The notes under the pieces are model-generated. The model saw only the letters and a list, made by a program, of their open reading frames with translations. It was not told the origin of the DNA and ran no database searches. Source: Candidatus Thorarchaeota archaeon (GTDB lineage: Archaea; Asgardarchaeota; Thorarchaeia; Thorarchaeales; Thorarchaeaceae). Taken from it: 64,000 bases of DNA. Positions 9,065 through 17,648 of this stretch are shown piece after piece. The stretch lies in NCBI GenBank assembly GCA_963726195.1, contig CAVSBO010000003.1, positions 256,001 to 320,000 of the forward strand. Reading direction: 5' to 3'. The first letter of the stretch is position 1, and each line of letters begins with the position of its first letter. The translations under genes were made by a program, and so were the position numbers.

Positions 9065-10423
9065 TTATGCTTTTCTGAATATTGCGAATCCTCTTGGACT
9101 GCTGGCTATCAACATCAGCCCTGCTCCAATCATGAGAGGCACAAGCAGCAGCAACGGAATGCGGTCCGCAAACATGGCAACTATGCCGATTGCCAGAGAT
9201 GCGAACATGAATGACTCGAATCTGGCTCCAGCTCTTCCGGAACCAACCCGACGCAGTTGAAGAGCTACAACTGAAAGGCCAACGAAGCCCAGAAGAATCA
9301 GAAGCAGGACTGGAACATAGAGAGGATTCAAGTTGTACCGGCCATCCTGAACAAAGGGATGACCTAGAGTCGCCAGGATTATTCCAAACCCTAGGATGAT
9401 GTCTCTTGAAGCGCTCCGAATCCGCTCTGAAACATTCGCTGAGACTGCTGCCATTAGGAATGTGGATACTCCGAAGACCCCAAATATCCAATCAAGGTAG
9501 AGAATGGCCGGGTCCCAGTTGTCAAATCCTATAATGCCCGAGAAGGCGATGGCAAAGTTGTTGGAGTGAGTAATCGCTAACAGAGCAACGAACACGAGCG
9601 TGTAGCTTATGTAGGTCGGCGTTTTTGCTCTGGTTGCTTGGGCCTGGTCTACGAAGAATTCCATAGGCAAAACCGTGCAACTCCCTGCGAATGCTGCCAC
9701 GAGAGCAAAAGCCCAGATTTCGACGTTGCCTCCTAGGTAGGCTGGCACTGCCAAGCTCACCCCAACAGTGACGGCTAGCAACACGATGGAAAGCGATATG
9801 ATTCTTCTCCACGGCTTCAGAATTGAACCGAGAATCGCCGCCACGAGAACGGCCGGTGCAGCCACCAACATGAAGAACTGTGGTGACAGTCCGGGTATGT
9901 TAATCTCAAAGGCAAGCTCATTCATCAGGCCTAGTATGGTGGCGGCAAGGATTGACACTGAGAAAGCAGAAGGTGAGATTTTGATGAGGTACAGTCCGGC
10001 CATCGTCGTGCAGAGAAAGAAGCCAAGGGGCACAACAACTGTCGTTAACGGCTGGACCACTGGGCCAAATACAAGGAAGACGTACACTTCGTCCACAGCC
10101 GCAGCAGCTATGACGAAGGATATGATTGCTGCGAGCAGTCTGAATCTTTTCTCCGAAGAAACTATGAGACTAAGTTGAGCCATGAGCAGGGATCCAAGCA
10201 GAAGGATTTCCCATATCGTTGTAAGTGACCCTTCGATTATGACTTGAAGCTCGAGAAGACCCAACGACACGCCGGCTACGAGAACCATGATGAGAGCTCG
10301 CGCGGTCTGCGGACTGACCTTACGGTACGTGCTCCTAAGTCGGAGAGCATACACGCAGGCGGCCAAGAATACCTCTAGGCTCGACAGCATTACACCAATA
10401 AAGAAAGACAACGCGAAATCCAT
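9065..10423 (-). CDS. Polytopic membrane protein (~15 TM) of unknown function
   Basis: About 15 hydrophobic segments over 452 aa; GGAGG RBS upstream; no transporter signature recognised. Confidence 0.8.
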   Translation of the reverse strand: MDFALSFFIGVMLSSLEVFLAACVYALRLRSTYRKVSPQTARALIMVLVAGVSLGLLELQVIIEGSLTTIWEILLLGSLLMAQLSLIVSSEKRFRLLAAIISFVIAAAAVDEVYVFLVFGPVVQPLTTVVVPLGFFLCTTMAGLYLIKISPSAFSVSILAATILGLMNELAFEINIPGLSPQFFMLVAAPAVLVAAILGSILKPWRRIISLSIVLLAVTVGVSLAVPAYLGGNVEIWAFALVAAFAGSCTVLPMEFFVDQAQATRAKTPTYISYTLVFVALLAITHSNNFAIAFSGIIGFDNWDPAILYLDWIFGVFGVSTFLMAAVSANVSERIRSASRDIILGFGIILATLGHPFVQDGRYNLNPLYVPVLLLILLGFVGLSVVALQLRRVGSGRAGARFESFMFASLAIGIVAMFADRIPLLLLVPLMIGAGLMLIASSPRGFAIFRKA

Positions 10424-10441
10424 CGACTCTGTTCCTCCATT

Positions 10442-10795
10442 CTATCTCCAAAGGTCACCGATTTCCTTCCCTCTCTTTTGCACGGTCCTTTCAATCTTGG
10501 ATTTCAGCTGTTCACCTGAAGCATCCGGACTAGCGAGCACGGCCTTGAGAGCATCACCGGTCTCAGCCTCTGTGTCACCCTCGCAGATGACGACATGCCC
10601 ATCCAAGCCACAGTAACCGATGACACCTTTGTCGGATTTCATGAACCTTGGAATCCTAATTCCTGTGTCTCGCGTGCCAGACCTCTCCAGTGCAGCCGAC
10701 ACGAGTTGGACAATTCCGGTGAGCAGAGCAATTCTCTCTTCTTCTACCTGCGTATGGGGATAGAGAACCGTAGAGGTCAGGTCGGCCAGTTTCAC
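10442..10795 (-). CDS. Putative longin/roadblock-superfamily protein
   Basis: About 120 aa with apparent beta-beta-alpha-beta-beta-beta-alpha-alpha pattern, including helix LLTGIVQLVSAAL. The frame stays open upstream (ACG-VVRLVAK), so the true start may be ~10819. Confidence 0.55.
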   Translation of the reverse strand: MKLADLTSTVLYPHTQVEEERIALLTGIVQLVSAALERSGTRDTGIRIPRFMKSDKGVIGYCGLDGHVVICEGDTEAETGDALKAVLASPDASGEQLKSKIERTVQKRGKEIGDLWR

Positions 10796-10812
10796 CTTGG
10801 CGACAAGTCTTA

Positions 10813-11109
10813 CTACCGTTTTCCTTCACCCCCGAACGCATCACGGACCCAGTCTATCTCGCGACGTCCACCCTTTCTCGGCTTTCCAGGCTTGCCTGGT
10901 TCAATCGCCACCACTACATCTCGGACTCCGAGCGTTCCGTCCTTGATGTACAGAGTGACGAGAATCTCATGCTCATTGTCGCATTTGGTCAGAAGAGTTG
11001 GCGACCGTCCTTTCTCCACGATACTCTTCTTTATGGACTCCACTTCTTCATCCTTCAGGCTTAACGAAGCACTGGAGGAACACTCCGGGCATGAGAACTT
11101 GAGCAGCAT
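10813..11109 (-). CDS. Zn-ribbon protein (CxxC...CxxxH)
   Basis: CPEC and CDNEH metal-ligand pairs; GAGG RBS; first gene of the GTPase operon. Confidence 0.7.
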   Translation of the reverse strand: MLLKFSCPECSSSASLSLKDEEVESIKKSIVEKGRSPTLLTKCDNEHEILVTLYIKDGTLGVRDVVVAIEPGKPGKPRKGGRREIDWVRDAFGGEGKR

Positions 11110-11215
11110 GGAAAAGACCTCTGTTCTTTCATACGTTTTTCTTGTAACTGCTGCGGACCTTCTACGAATTCACAAAGACAGTGCATTTAACGAAATCTTG
11201 TGCTTATCACTCGAG

Positions 11216-11243
11216 AGACCAGTCAACGGACACTGACTGGTCT
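11216..11243. promoter_or_regulatory. Perfect 10-bp inverted repeat (candidate operator or hairpin) between the divergent GTPase operon and iorAB
   Basis: AGACCAGTCA-N8-TGACTGGTCT. Confidence 0.35.
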
Positions 11244-11481
11244 GAACACGAATGTCAAAGAGCAGGTCTGACAGAAGAGAGACCCATTACAGCATGGCAG
11301 CGTCAGCTGTCTCTGTGCCCCTCCGAAGACTCAAGGTGCATATGCGCGTCAATGGAGAGAACCCTGTCTGAATAGGATGCGAATGCAAACATACGTTTGT
11401 GCCTATCCTAATGCTTATGTGATGGGACATGAATCGTCTCTCATATCTTCTTGAGAGATGCCTTGAGGGAGAAAGTTCACG

Positions 11482-13389
11482 ATGACCGTCGAAGATGTCA
11501 TGAGAACGGATGGCGGCAGGGCACTGATGCTTGCAAACGAAGCCGTCGTCAGAGGAGCTCTGGAAGCTGACGTGAAGGTTGTATCATGCTATCCCGGTAG
11601 TCCGACCTCAGAAATACTGGATACATTCAGTGATGTGCTTCAGCACTTCGGCGATTACAGGATGCACATAGCAGCCAACGAGAAGGTTGCTCTGGAAACC
11701 GTCGCTGGAGCATCGATGGCGGGATTGAGATCTCTCACTTCCATGAAAAGCGTCGGCATGAATGTCGCTAGTGATGCACTCTTCAGTATTGCATACACGG
11801 GAGTGAACGCAGGGTGCGTTTGCGTGGTCGCTGATGATCCGCACGCTCACTCGTCCCAGTCCGAACAAGACGGCCGCTACTTTGCGGAGCCATCCTACAC
11901 ACCAATGATTGAGCCATCCACCGCGCAGGAAGCCTACGACATGACCAAATGGGCTTTCGAGGTCTCGAGCAAGTACAAGACCGTCGTCATAGTAAGAACC
12001 ACAACGAGAGTTAACCATCAACGAGGAATGGTCAAGCTCGGTGACCTGAGGCGCACCCCTTTCAAGAAGAACAAATGGTCGGAGGTCAAGGGTCAGTACT
12101 TCACGGTTGGTGCTGTTGCTAGAGCACTCAAGGCGAAACTCCTGACGAAGATTGAGAACATGAAACCGGAGTTCGAAGACTCCAGGTTCAATGTCGTCGA
12201 GGAGGGACAAGGCAAGATCGGAATCATCACGGGAGGGGTCTCATATCTTCATACCAAGGAGGCCATGAAGAACCTCGGTGTCAGCCTGCCTATTCTGAAA
12301 ATCGGAACCGTCTATCCGCTCCCTGAGAAAAAGATTGCCGCTTTTCTCAAGCGTCTCGACACAGTAATTGTCGTTGAAGAACTCACTCCGTATTTTGAAC
12401 TTCGAGTGACTGCTATTGCCAAGGACGCGAACGCGAAAGTACGGATTATTGGAAAGCGCAGTGGTGACTTCAGTGAGATGCTTGAGTACAACGTCCCCAT
12501 TGTTGAAAAGGTTCTTGCGAAAACTCTCAAGAAGCCACTGAGCACTGACTACGACGCTGTTGTGAAACGTGCTGATCAACTGAAGTCGATTCTGCCTGAG
12601 CGTAATCCCATCTTCTGCCCCGGGTGTCCTCATAGAGGAACACTTTGGGCTTTTAGGCAGGCACTGTCTCGGGTTCGGATTCGTGAGAAGATTGTCTTCA
12701 ATAATGACATTGGCTGTTACTCAATGGCTTTCCTTGCTCCCAACAACTTCAGTGATTCCATGCTGTCGATGGGTTCGTCCGTGGGTGTTTCAGCAGGCAT
12801 GGAGATGGCTCTTGAGGACAAGGTCGTAGCGATGGTGGGTGATTCTACTCTCTACCACGCGGCTCTGCCCGGGATTGTCAACTTGATCCACCACAGCGCG
12901 AATGTCACGCTATTCGTGCTCGACAACAGCGTCACTGCAATGACCGGGCAGCAGTACAATCCCAATAGCCCTCTCAATGCTGGAGAACAGCCGGCTAAGA
13001 AGATTAACATGGAGAAGATGTTTGAAGCACTTGGAGCAGACAGCGTCACTGTAATCGATCCCTATCACACTCGTGATTGCGTGAAGCCTATCATAGATGC
13101 TCTTCAGAGCAAGGGCTTCTCGGTCATCATTTCGCGTCGCGAGTGTGCGCTTTATGGAGACCGCCTTCGCAAGGAACGGAACGAACCCATTATTCCAAGT
13201 GTGACTGACAAGAACATATGCCGCAGTATTTACAACTGCGTCAAGGAGTTTTACTGCCCGGCCATCACCGTCGACGAATCAGACTCCAAGATGCGGATTC
13301 AGACCGATCTGTGTGACGGTTGTCTGGAGTGTAGACAGGTTTGCCCAACCGGAGCTCCGGCCCACATCGACGGTACAACAACGAGGTGA
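11482..13389 (+). CDS. iorA: Indolepyruvate:ferredoxin oxidoreductase alpha subunit
   Basis: ANEAVVRGALEA, YPGSPTSE, NEKVALE, SSQSEQD, FCPGCPHR, DIGC, GDST, LDNSVTAMTG, C-terminal ferredoxin domain. Confidence 0.95.
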   Translation: MTVEDVMRTDGGRALMLANEAVVRGALEADVKVVSCYPGSPTSEILDTFSDVLQHFGDYRMHIAANEKVALETVAGASMAGLRSLTSMKSVGMNVASDALFSIAYTGVNAGCVCVVADDPHAHSSQSEQDGRYFAEPSYTPMIEPSTAQEAYDMTKWAFEVSSKYKTVVIVRTTTRVNHQRGMVKLGDLRRTPFKKNKWSEVKGQYFTVGAVARALKAKLLTKIENMKPEFEDSRFNVVEEGQGKIGIITGGVSYLHTKEAMKNLGVSLPILKIGTVYPLPEKKIAAFLKRLDTVIVVEELTPYFELRVTAIAKDANAKVRIIGKRSGDFSEMLEYNVPIVEKVLAKTLKKPLSTDYDAVVKRADQLKSILPERNPIFCPGCPHRGTLWAFRQALSRVRIREKIVFNNDIGCYSMAFLAPNNFSDSMLSMGSSVGVSAGMEMALEDKVVAMVGDSTLYHAALPGIVNLIHHSANVTLFVLDNSVTAMTGQQYNPNSPLNAGEQPAKKINMEKMFEALGADSVTVIDPYHTRDCVKPIIDALQSKGFSVIISRRECALYGDRLRKERNEPIIPSVTDKNICRSIYNCVKEFYCPAITVDESDSKMRIQTDLCDGCLECRQVCPTGAPAHIDGTTTR

Positions 13390-14021
13390 TGAGGATGAAG
13401 GATACGTACAACATCATGTTTTGCGGCGTCGGGGGGCAGGGGCTCATGCTCCTCTCGTCAATCCTAGGAAAAGCGGCAGTCGATTCAGGCATGGAAGCGA
13501 TGACAGGCGAACAACACGGCCTCTCACAACGAAGCGGTTCCATCTATGTGCACTTCAGAGTTGGCAAGCCCATCTCACCCCTGATACCCTATGGCAAGGC
13601 CGACCTCGTGATTGCAATGGAGGCCACAGAAGCTTTGAGATACATAGAGTACCTGAAGGATGGCGGCGTCGTAATAATGAGCAACCGCATCATGCCTCCA
13701 CCGTCTGAGACTGAAGAGGTGGCGCTCGACAAGGAGAAGAAGAAGAAGTACATCAAGCTTCAGGACATTGTAGAGAAGATAAACACGGTCACAAACAAGG
13801 TGGTTGCTCTTGACTCACTTCAACTAGCCACAAAGGCTGGAAACCCGAGGGCTGAGAACTCTGTGCTCGTCGGAGCGGCTTGTGCATGTCCGGACTTTCC
13901 CATACCTGTTGAGGCTGTTAGGAAAGCCCTACTCGCGCTGGTTCCTAAGAAAACCGCAGAGGCAAACTCTGCTGCATTCGATCTCGGGCGCGAGGCAGGC
14001 GGCACCTGCTTGGAGATATGA
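13389..14021 (+). CDS. iorB: Indolepyruvate:ferredoxin oxidoreductase beta subunit
   Basis: GVGGQG, EQHGLSQRSGS, SPLIPYGKAD, EALR; start overlaps the iorA stop. Confidence 0.95.
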   Translation: MRMKDTYNIMFCGVGGQGLMLLSSILGKAAVDSGMEAMTGEQHGLSQRSGSIYVHFRVGKPISPLIPYGKADLVIAMEATEALRYIEYLKDGGVVIMSNRIMPPPSETEEVALDKEKKKKYIKLQDIVEKINTVTNKVVALDSLQLATKAGNPRAENSVLVGAACACPDFPIPVEAVRKALLALVPKKTAEANSAAFDLGREAGGTCLEI

Positions 14022-14120
14022 AGCGAAACTAAACATGTATTCGTACCTTCATGTTCCGTCGTAGGTCAGCTGGATAGAGATATTAAAGAGACTTCACACG
14101 AGTCACGTTGAGGGAATACA

Positions 14121-15134
14121 TTGAGCGCCTCGAAGCTCTATGATACGATTGTGATAGGCGGCGGTCCGGCCGGTTGCTCGGCGGCACTTCATCTTGCATA
14201 CCACAAGCGATCAGTGTTAGTTCTCGACAGGGGAACCAGTCCAATGTGTTTTCATACGAACTCGATAATGAACTATGCCGCAGGGCCCACATATTTCGAG
14301 GGACGAACCCTATTGCGCCAGCTTCAGGGGCTCGCCGAGTCAGCGGGTGCGAGTTTCAAGGCCGCTGATGTTGTCGAGATTAGCAGGAGATACCCTGATT
14401 TCAAACTCAGAACCGAGAAGAGTTATCGAACAAACGACGAATCCGACTATCACTGCAAGACGCTCATCTTCGCGACAGGCACCGCACGAAAACATCCATT
14501 GGTCGATGGCAAATGGAGACTCTGGCTGCCAGTCGCCGGTGTCGGGAACGCTGCATTCTACTGTCCGGACTGTGAGGCGCCCTTGTGCAAGGACAAGGAT
14601 GTACTTGTTGTGAATGCTGGTTCTGTCGGTAGCGCCCTTCATGTTGCTAACGCAGTTAGTAGGTTTACCAAGAAAGTCAGAATCCTAATGACGGAAGACG
14701 CCTTTGTCCCCTATGCTGAACAGGATTTGTCCAAGCTCGAAGCCTCACCGTTCGAGTGGACCCATGGCAAGATAAAGTCAGTAGAGTTTCCGAGACCTGG
14801 TAGGGTTCAATCACTGACGCTTACGTCAGGAGAAAAAACCAAAGCAGAGGTCTTCTTTGTTGCTCATGTCGCAAGAGCGAGATCCGAGCTTGCCCAGAGC
14901 ATCGGAATCCAGGTAGACGAGAGGGGAAACATCATTACTGACCATAGAGGAAAGACCAATATCGAAGGCATCTGGGCAGCTGGCGACGTGAGACCAATCA
15001 CGCAGCAAGTCGCGATGGCAGTTGGTACAGGCAATTATGCAGCACTGATGATTGATCAGTTCCTAGGCAATGATTATGAAAGCGAGCAAACGTTTGACCA
15101 CCCAGAATCTCGCGGTCTACTGCACCCGGACTAG
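14121..15134 (+). CDS. TrxR-like FAD-dependent disulfide oxidoreductase with degenerate NAD(P)H motif
   Basis: GGGPAG, FYCPDC, GIWAAGD, QVAMAVGTG; the second Rossmann motif reads VVNAGSVGSA. Confidence 0.8.
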   Translation: MSASKLYDTIVIGGGPAGCSAALHLAYHKRSVLVLDRGTSPMCFHTNSIMNYAAGPTYFEGRTLLRQLQGLAESAGASFKAADVVEISRRYPDFKLRTEKSYRTNDESDYHCKTLIFATGTARKHPLVDGKWRLWLPVAGVGNAAFYCPDCEAPLCKDKDVLVVNAGSVGSALHVANAVSRFTKKVRILMTEDAFVPYAEQDLSKLEASPFEWTHGKIKSVEFPRPGRVQSLTLTSGEKTKAEVFFVAHVARARSELAQSIGIQVDERGNIITDHRGKTNIEGIWAAGDVRPITQQVAMAVGTGNYAALMIDQFLGNDYESEQTFDHPESRGLLHPD

Positions 15135-15233
15135 ATCGGCGTCGGAGAAACGTCTGCGTACCAATTGCTTAGTGCATAGGTTTTTAAGGTGGTTTACTAT
15201 TGTTAACCCAACGCTAAGAGGAGATTGATAATA

Positions 15234-15722
15234 ATGGCGACAACCGGCAGTCGAAAGATAGCGGAATTGCTTAAGCAGCAAATAGAGGTAGAGAAGCGAA
15301 CGCTTGACATAATCAAGAAAGCCGAAGAGAGCACCGATGAGATGGCTGTAAAGCTAGTATTCATGGACGTTAGATTCGACACAGACAAGCATGCCCAGTT
15401 TCTGCAAGGAATTGTTGACATGCTGGATGAGATGCCTTGCGATCAATGGAGTGCAAAGGTGCAGCGATATGCGGACAGAGTGAATCTGCAAAGAAAGATT
15501 AAGGACATAGTCGCCGGAGAAGACAGCATGACTGATCTTGTATCGAAGGCCTTGAAGCTCACAAACGATCAGATTGCGAAGCTTCTGTTGACTCACCTCA
15601 AGGAGGACGAAGTGAAGCACAGCAAGAACTTGACCGAGATCGCCCGCGTTGTTCAGACGATGCCGCTTCAGAGCAAGAAGGCAGAGAAAGGAACTGACAT
15701 CGTATGCAAAACGGACGAGTAG
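15234..15722 (+). CDS. Ferritin-like domain protein
   Basis: E...DTDKH and E...DEVKH pairs on a four-helix pattern; GAGGAG RBS. Confidence 0.7.
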   Translation: MATTGSRKIAELLKQQIEVEKRTLDIIKKAEESTDEMAVKLVFMDVRFDTDKHAQFLQGIVDMLDEMPCDQWSAKVQRYADRVNLQRKIKDIVAGEDSMTDLVSKALKLTNDQIAKLLLTHLKEDEVKHSKNLTEIARVVQTMPLQSKKAEKGTDIVCKTDE

Positions 15723-15826
15723 CCAGTAGTCCAGTAACATGCAGACGTGCCAATGGTATGTCGTCTCCTTTCGGTTGAAGGTATTGACTCTGAGCAACAG
15801 CAAGTAGTGATTGTGAGGTGCAAAAG

Positions 15827-16303
15827 ATGCCAACACTAAGTGATGTCCGGACTGACTGTATGTCGTGCACTGAGTATATTGAGAAAATGAAGCCCTCCTA
15901 TCGCGGAGGCTTCAGAAGACAGGCTGAAGAGTACAAGCTGGACAAGAAGGTCGTAGAGAAACTGAAGCCCTATGCGAAGGACTACGTGCTTGTGGCTATC
16001 TTCGCTGACTGGTGCAGCGATGCGGCAAAGGCAGTACCTGTGCTCTCTCTCCTCGAGAAACAGATCGGGATACAGGTCAGGGCTCTCGGTGGTATGGAGA
16101 AACCTCCCTACGGTTCGCCGAAATTCTGGGCTGTGCCGCCAAGTCCGGAGGAAGTGGATGTCTTTGGCATAACTAGCAGCCCGACCATAATCGTGTTCAA
16201 GAAGACTGGAGAAGAGGTTGGGCGCATAAAGACAAGGCCCAAGATGACTTCCACTGTAGAAGCTGAGATCCTGAAGATAATCGAGGATACTAGACACACT
16301 TAG
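15827..16303 (+). CDS. Thioredoxin-family protein (WCSDA, monothiol)
   Basis: ADWCSDA, WAVPPSP, cis-Pro SSPT; paralog of 41141-41647. Confidence 0.8.
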   Translation: MPTLSDVRTDCMSCTEYIEKMKPSYRGGFRRQAEEYKLDKKVVEKLKPYAKDYVLVAIFADWCSDAAKAVPVLSLLEKQIGIQVRALGGMEKPPYGSPKFWAVPPSPEEVDVFGITSSPTIIVFKKTGEEVGRIKTRPKMTSTVEAEILKIIEDTRHT

Positions 16304-16403
16304 AGCGCCGTCGAGACGATGACCTTCTGGTTGTGCTGTTCTGCTGCTGGACACCTAAAGCGACCGCACTGCTTATGACTTCGCGACACCATGATGTGTC
16401 TGA

Positions 16404-17440
16404 GTGAGACCTGTGCCTAGGACCTCCGAAGAAATCACCCCGGGCATCTCAACTATCGACTGGCTCCTTCAGCCCGAGGACCCTTCTGTTCGCTATCATA
16501 CTCTGCTTGATCTCGTAGGACGTTCGGCGACCGATTCAGAGGTCAAGAATGCAAGAGAAGCTGTTCGACACAGTCAACTAGTGACTGAGATTCTCAGACA
16601 TCAGCTGCCCGACGGCTCTTGGCGTGGAACTCGAGGCGACCTGTGGGAAGAGAAAGGAACCGTGTTCTCACTCTTGTTGCTAGGTGAGATGGGTGTGGAG
16701 GCCGGAGAAGCCACAGGAAAAGCTCTGGACTTCCTGCACGAGCACTACCAGCTGGCGACAGGAAGGATAACGTACAGACCTGCTGACAGCCCGCGACGTA
16801 AACAGGACACGTCTACCTGGATGTGGTGCATTACAGCAATCGCTCTTCGTGCCGCTCTGCTCCTTGGTCATATGGATCATCCATTGACCCAAGCGGCCAT
16901 CAACTTCCTCGAAGAAACCCACGAAGACAAAGGGGGCTGGCACTGCTCGGTCTACTCAGGCGACCCAGCGAAGGTTCGTCCGCCGAATTGCTACATGGGT
17001 GGCATCAAGGCGCTAGGTGCCATTTCACTCATCCCACCTGACAAGAGGTCTAAGAAAAGCCGAGCAATTGTCAATCAAGAGACGGAGACCTGCCTTGAGA
17101 ATCATGTGCACTTTTACCGTGTTGATCCAAAGGGGCGGCCTGCCATCAAGCGTGCTTGGCTCAAGTTTGCCTTCCCCAGATACTGGAGAAGTGATGCCCT
17201 AGAAGCAACGGACGTTCTGACAACCCTCGGCGTACGTGACGAGCGAATGCAGGAAGCTCTCGAGCTTATCCGAAGCAAGCAGCAACCTGACGGACGTTGG
17301 CTTCTCGACTTCTCAGAAACCAAACGAGCTGGGTCCAGCTCGATGAGGAAGGTACGCCTAGCAAGTGGGTCACATTGCGTGCGCTTCGTGCTCTGCACAA
17401 CGCGGAGAATGCATCTAGGATAAGCCGTCCAGATGTCTAG
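16404..17440 (+). CDS. Prenyltransferase/squalene-cyclase-like alpha-alpha barrel protein (apparent frameshift at ~17330)
   Basis: WLL...DPSVRY, QLPDGSW, GGWHC, FPRYWRSDALE, QQPDGRW; the shifted tail reads DEEGTPSKWVTLRALRAL to TAG at 17438-17440. Confidence 0.7.
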
Positions 17441-17648
17441 TTAGTCTCACCAATTCCTCAACTTATGCGAACCTCACAGGATCCTATCCTGAAACGTGTT
17501 CAACCTAATTGTGCCACTGACAATTGACAAGAGCAGTTTGCTTGTGTGTTGCAAGAAAGAGATCCCCAGCTCCTATTGCCGGAGCCGAGGGATGATATCC
17601 AACTGAGCATTAGCTCAGAAATGAACGAACACCAGCTTGGTGATTACA

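Noticed and set aside
9030-9491. N-terminal 150-aa extension of the GTPase in the ORF track
   Set aside because: It overlaps the membrane-protein gene in another frame and has non-protein-like composition; the start at 9029 is preferred.
16404-17440. Squalene-hopene cyclase or protein prenyltransferase call
   Set aside because: Only QxxDGxW-type repeats in a single barrel with no DxDD motif; it belongs to a widespread uncharacterised family.
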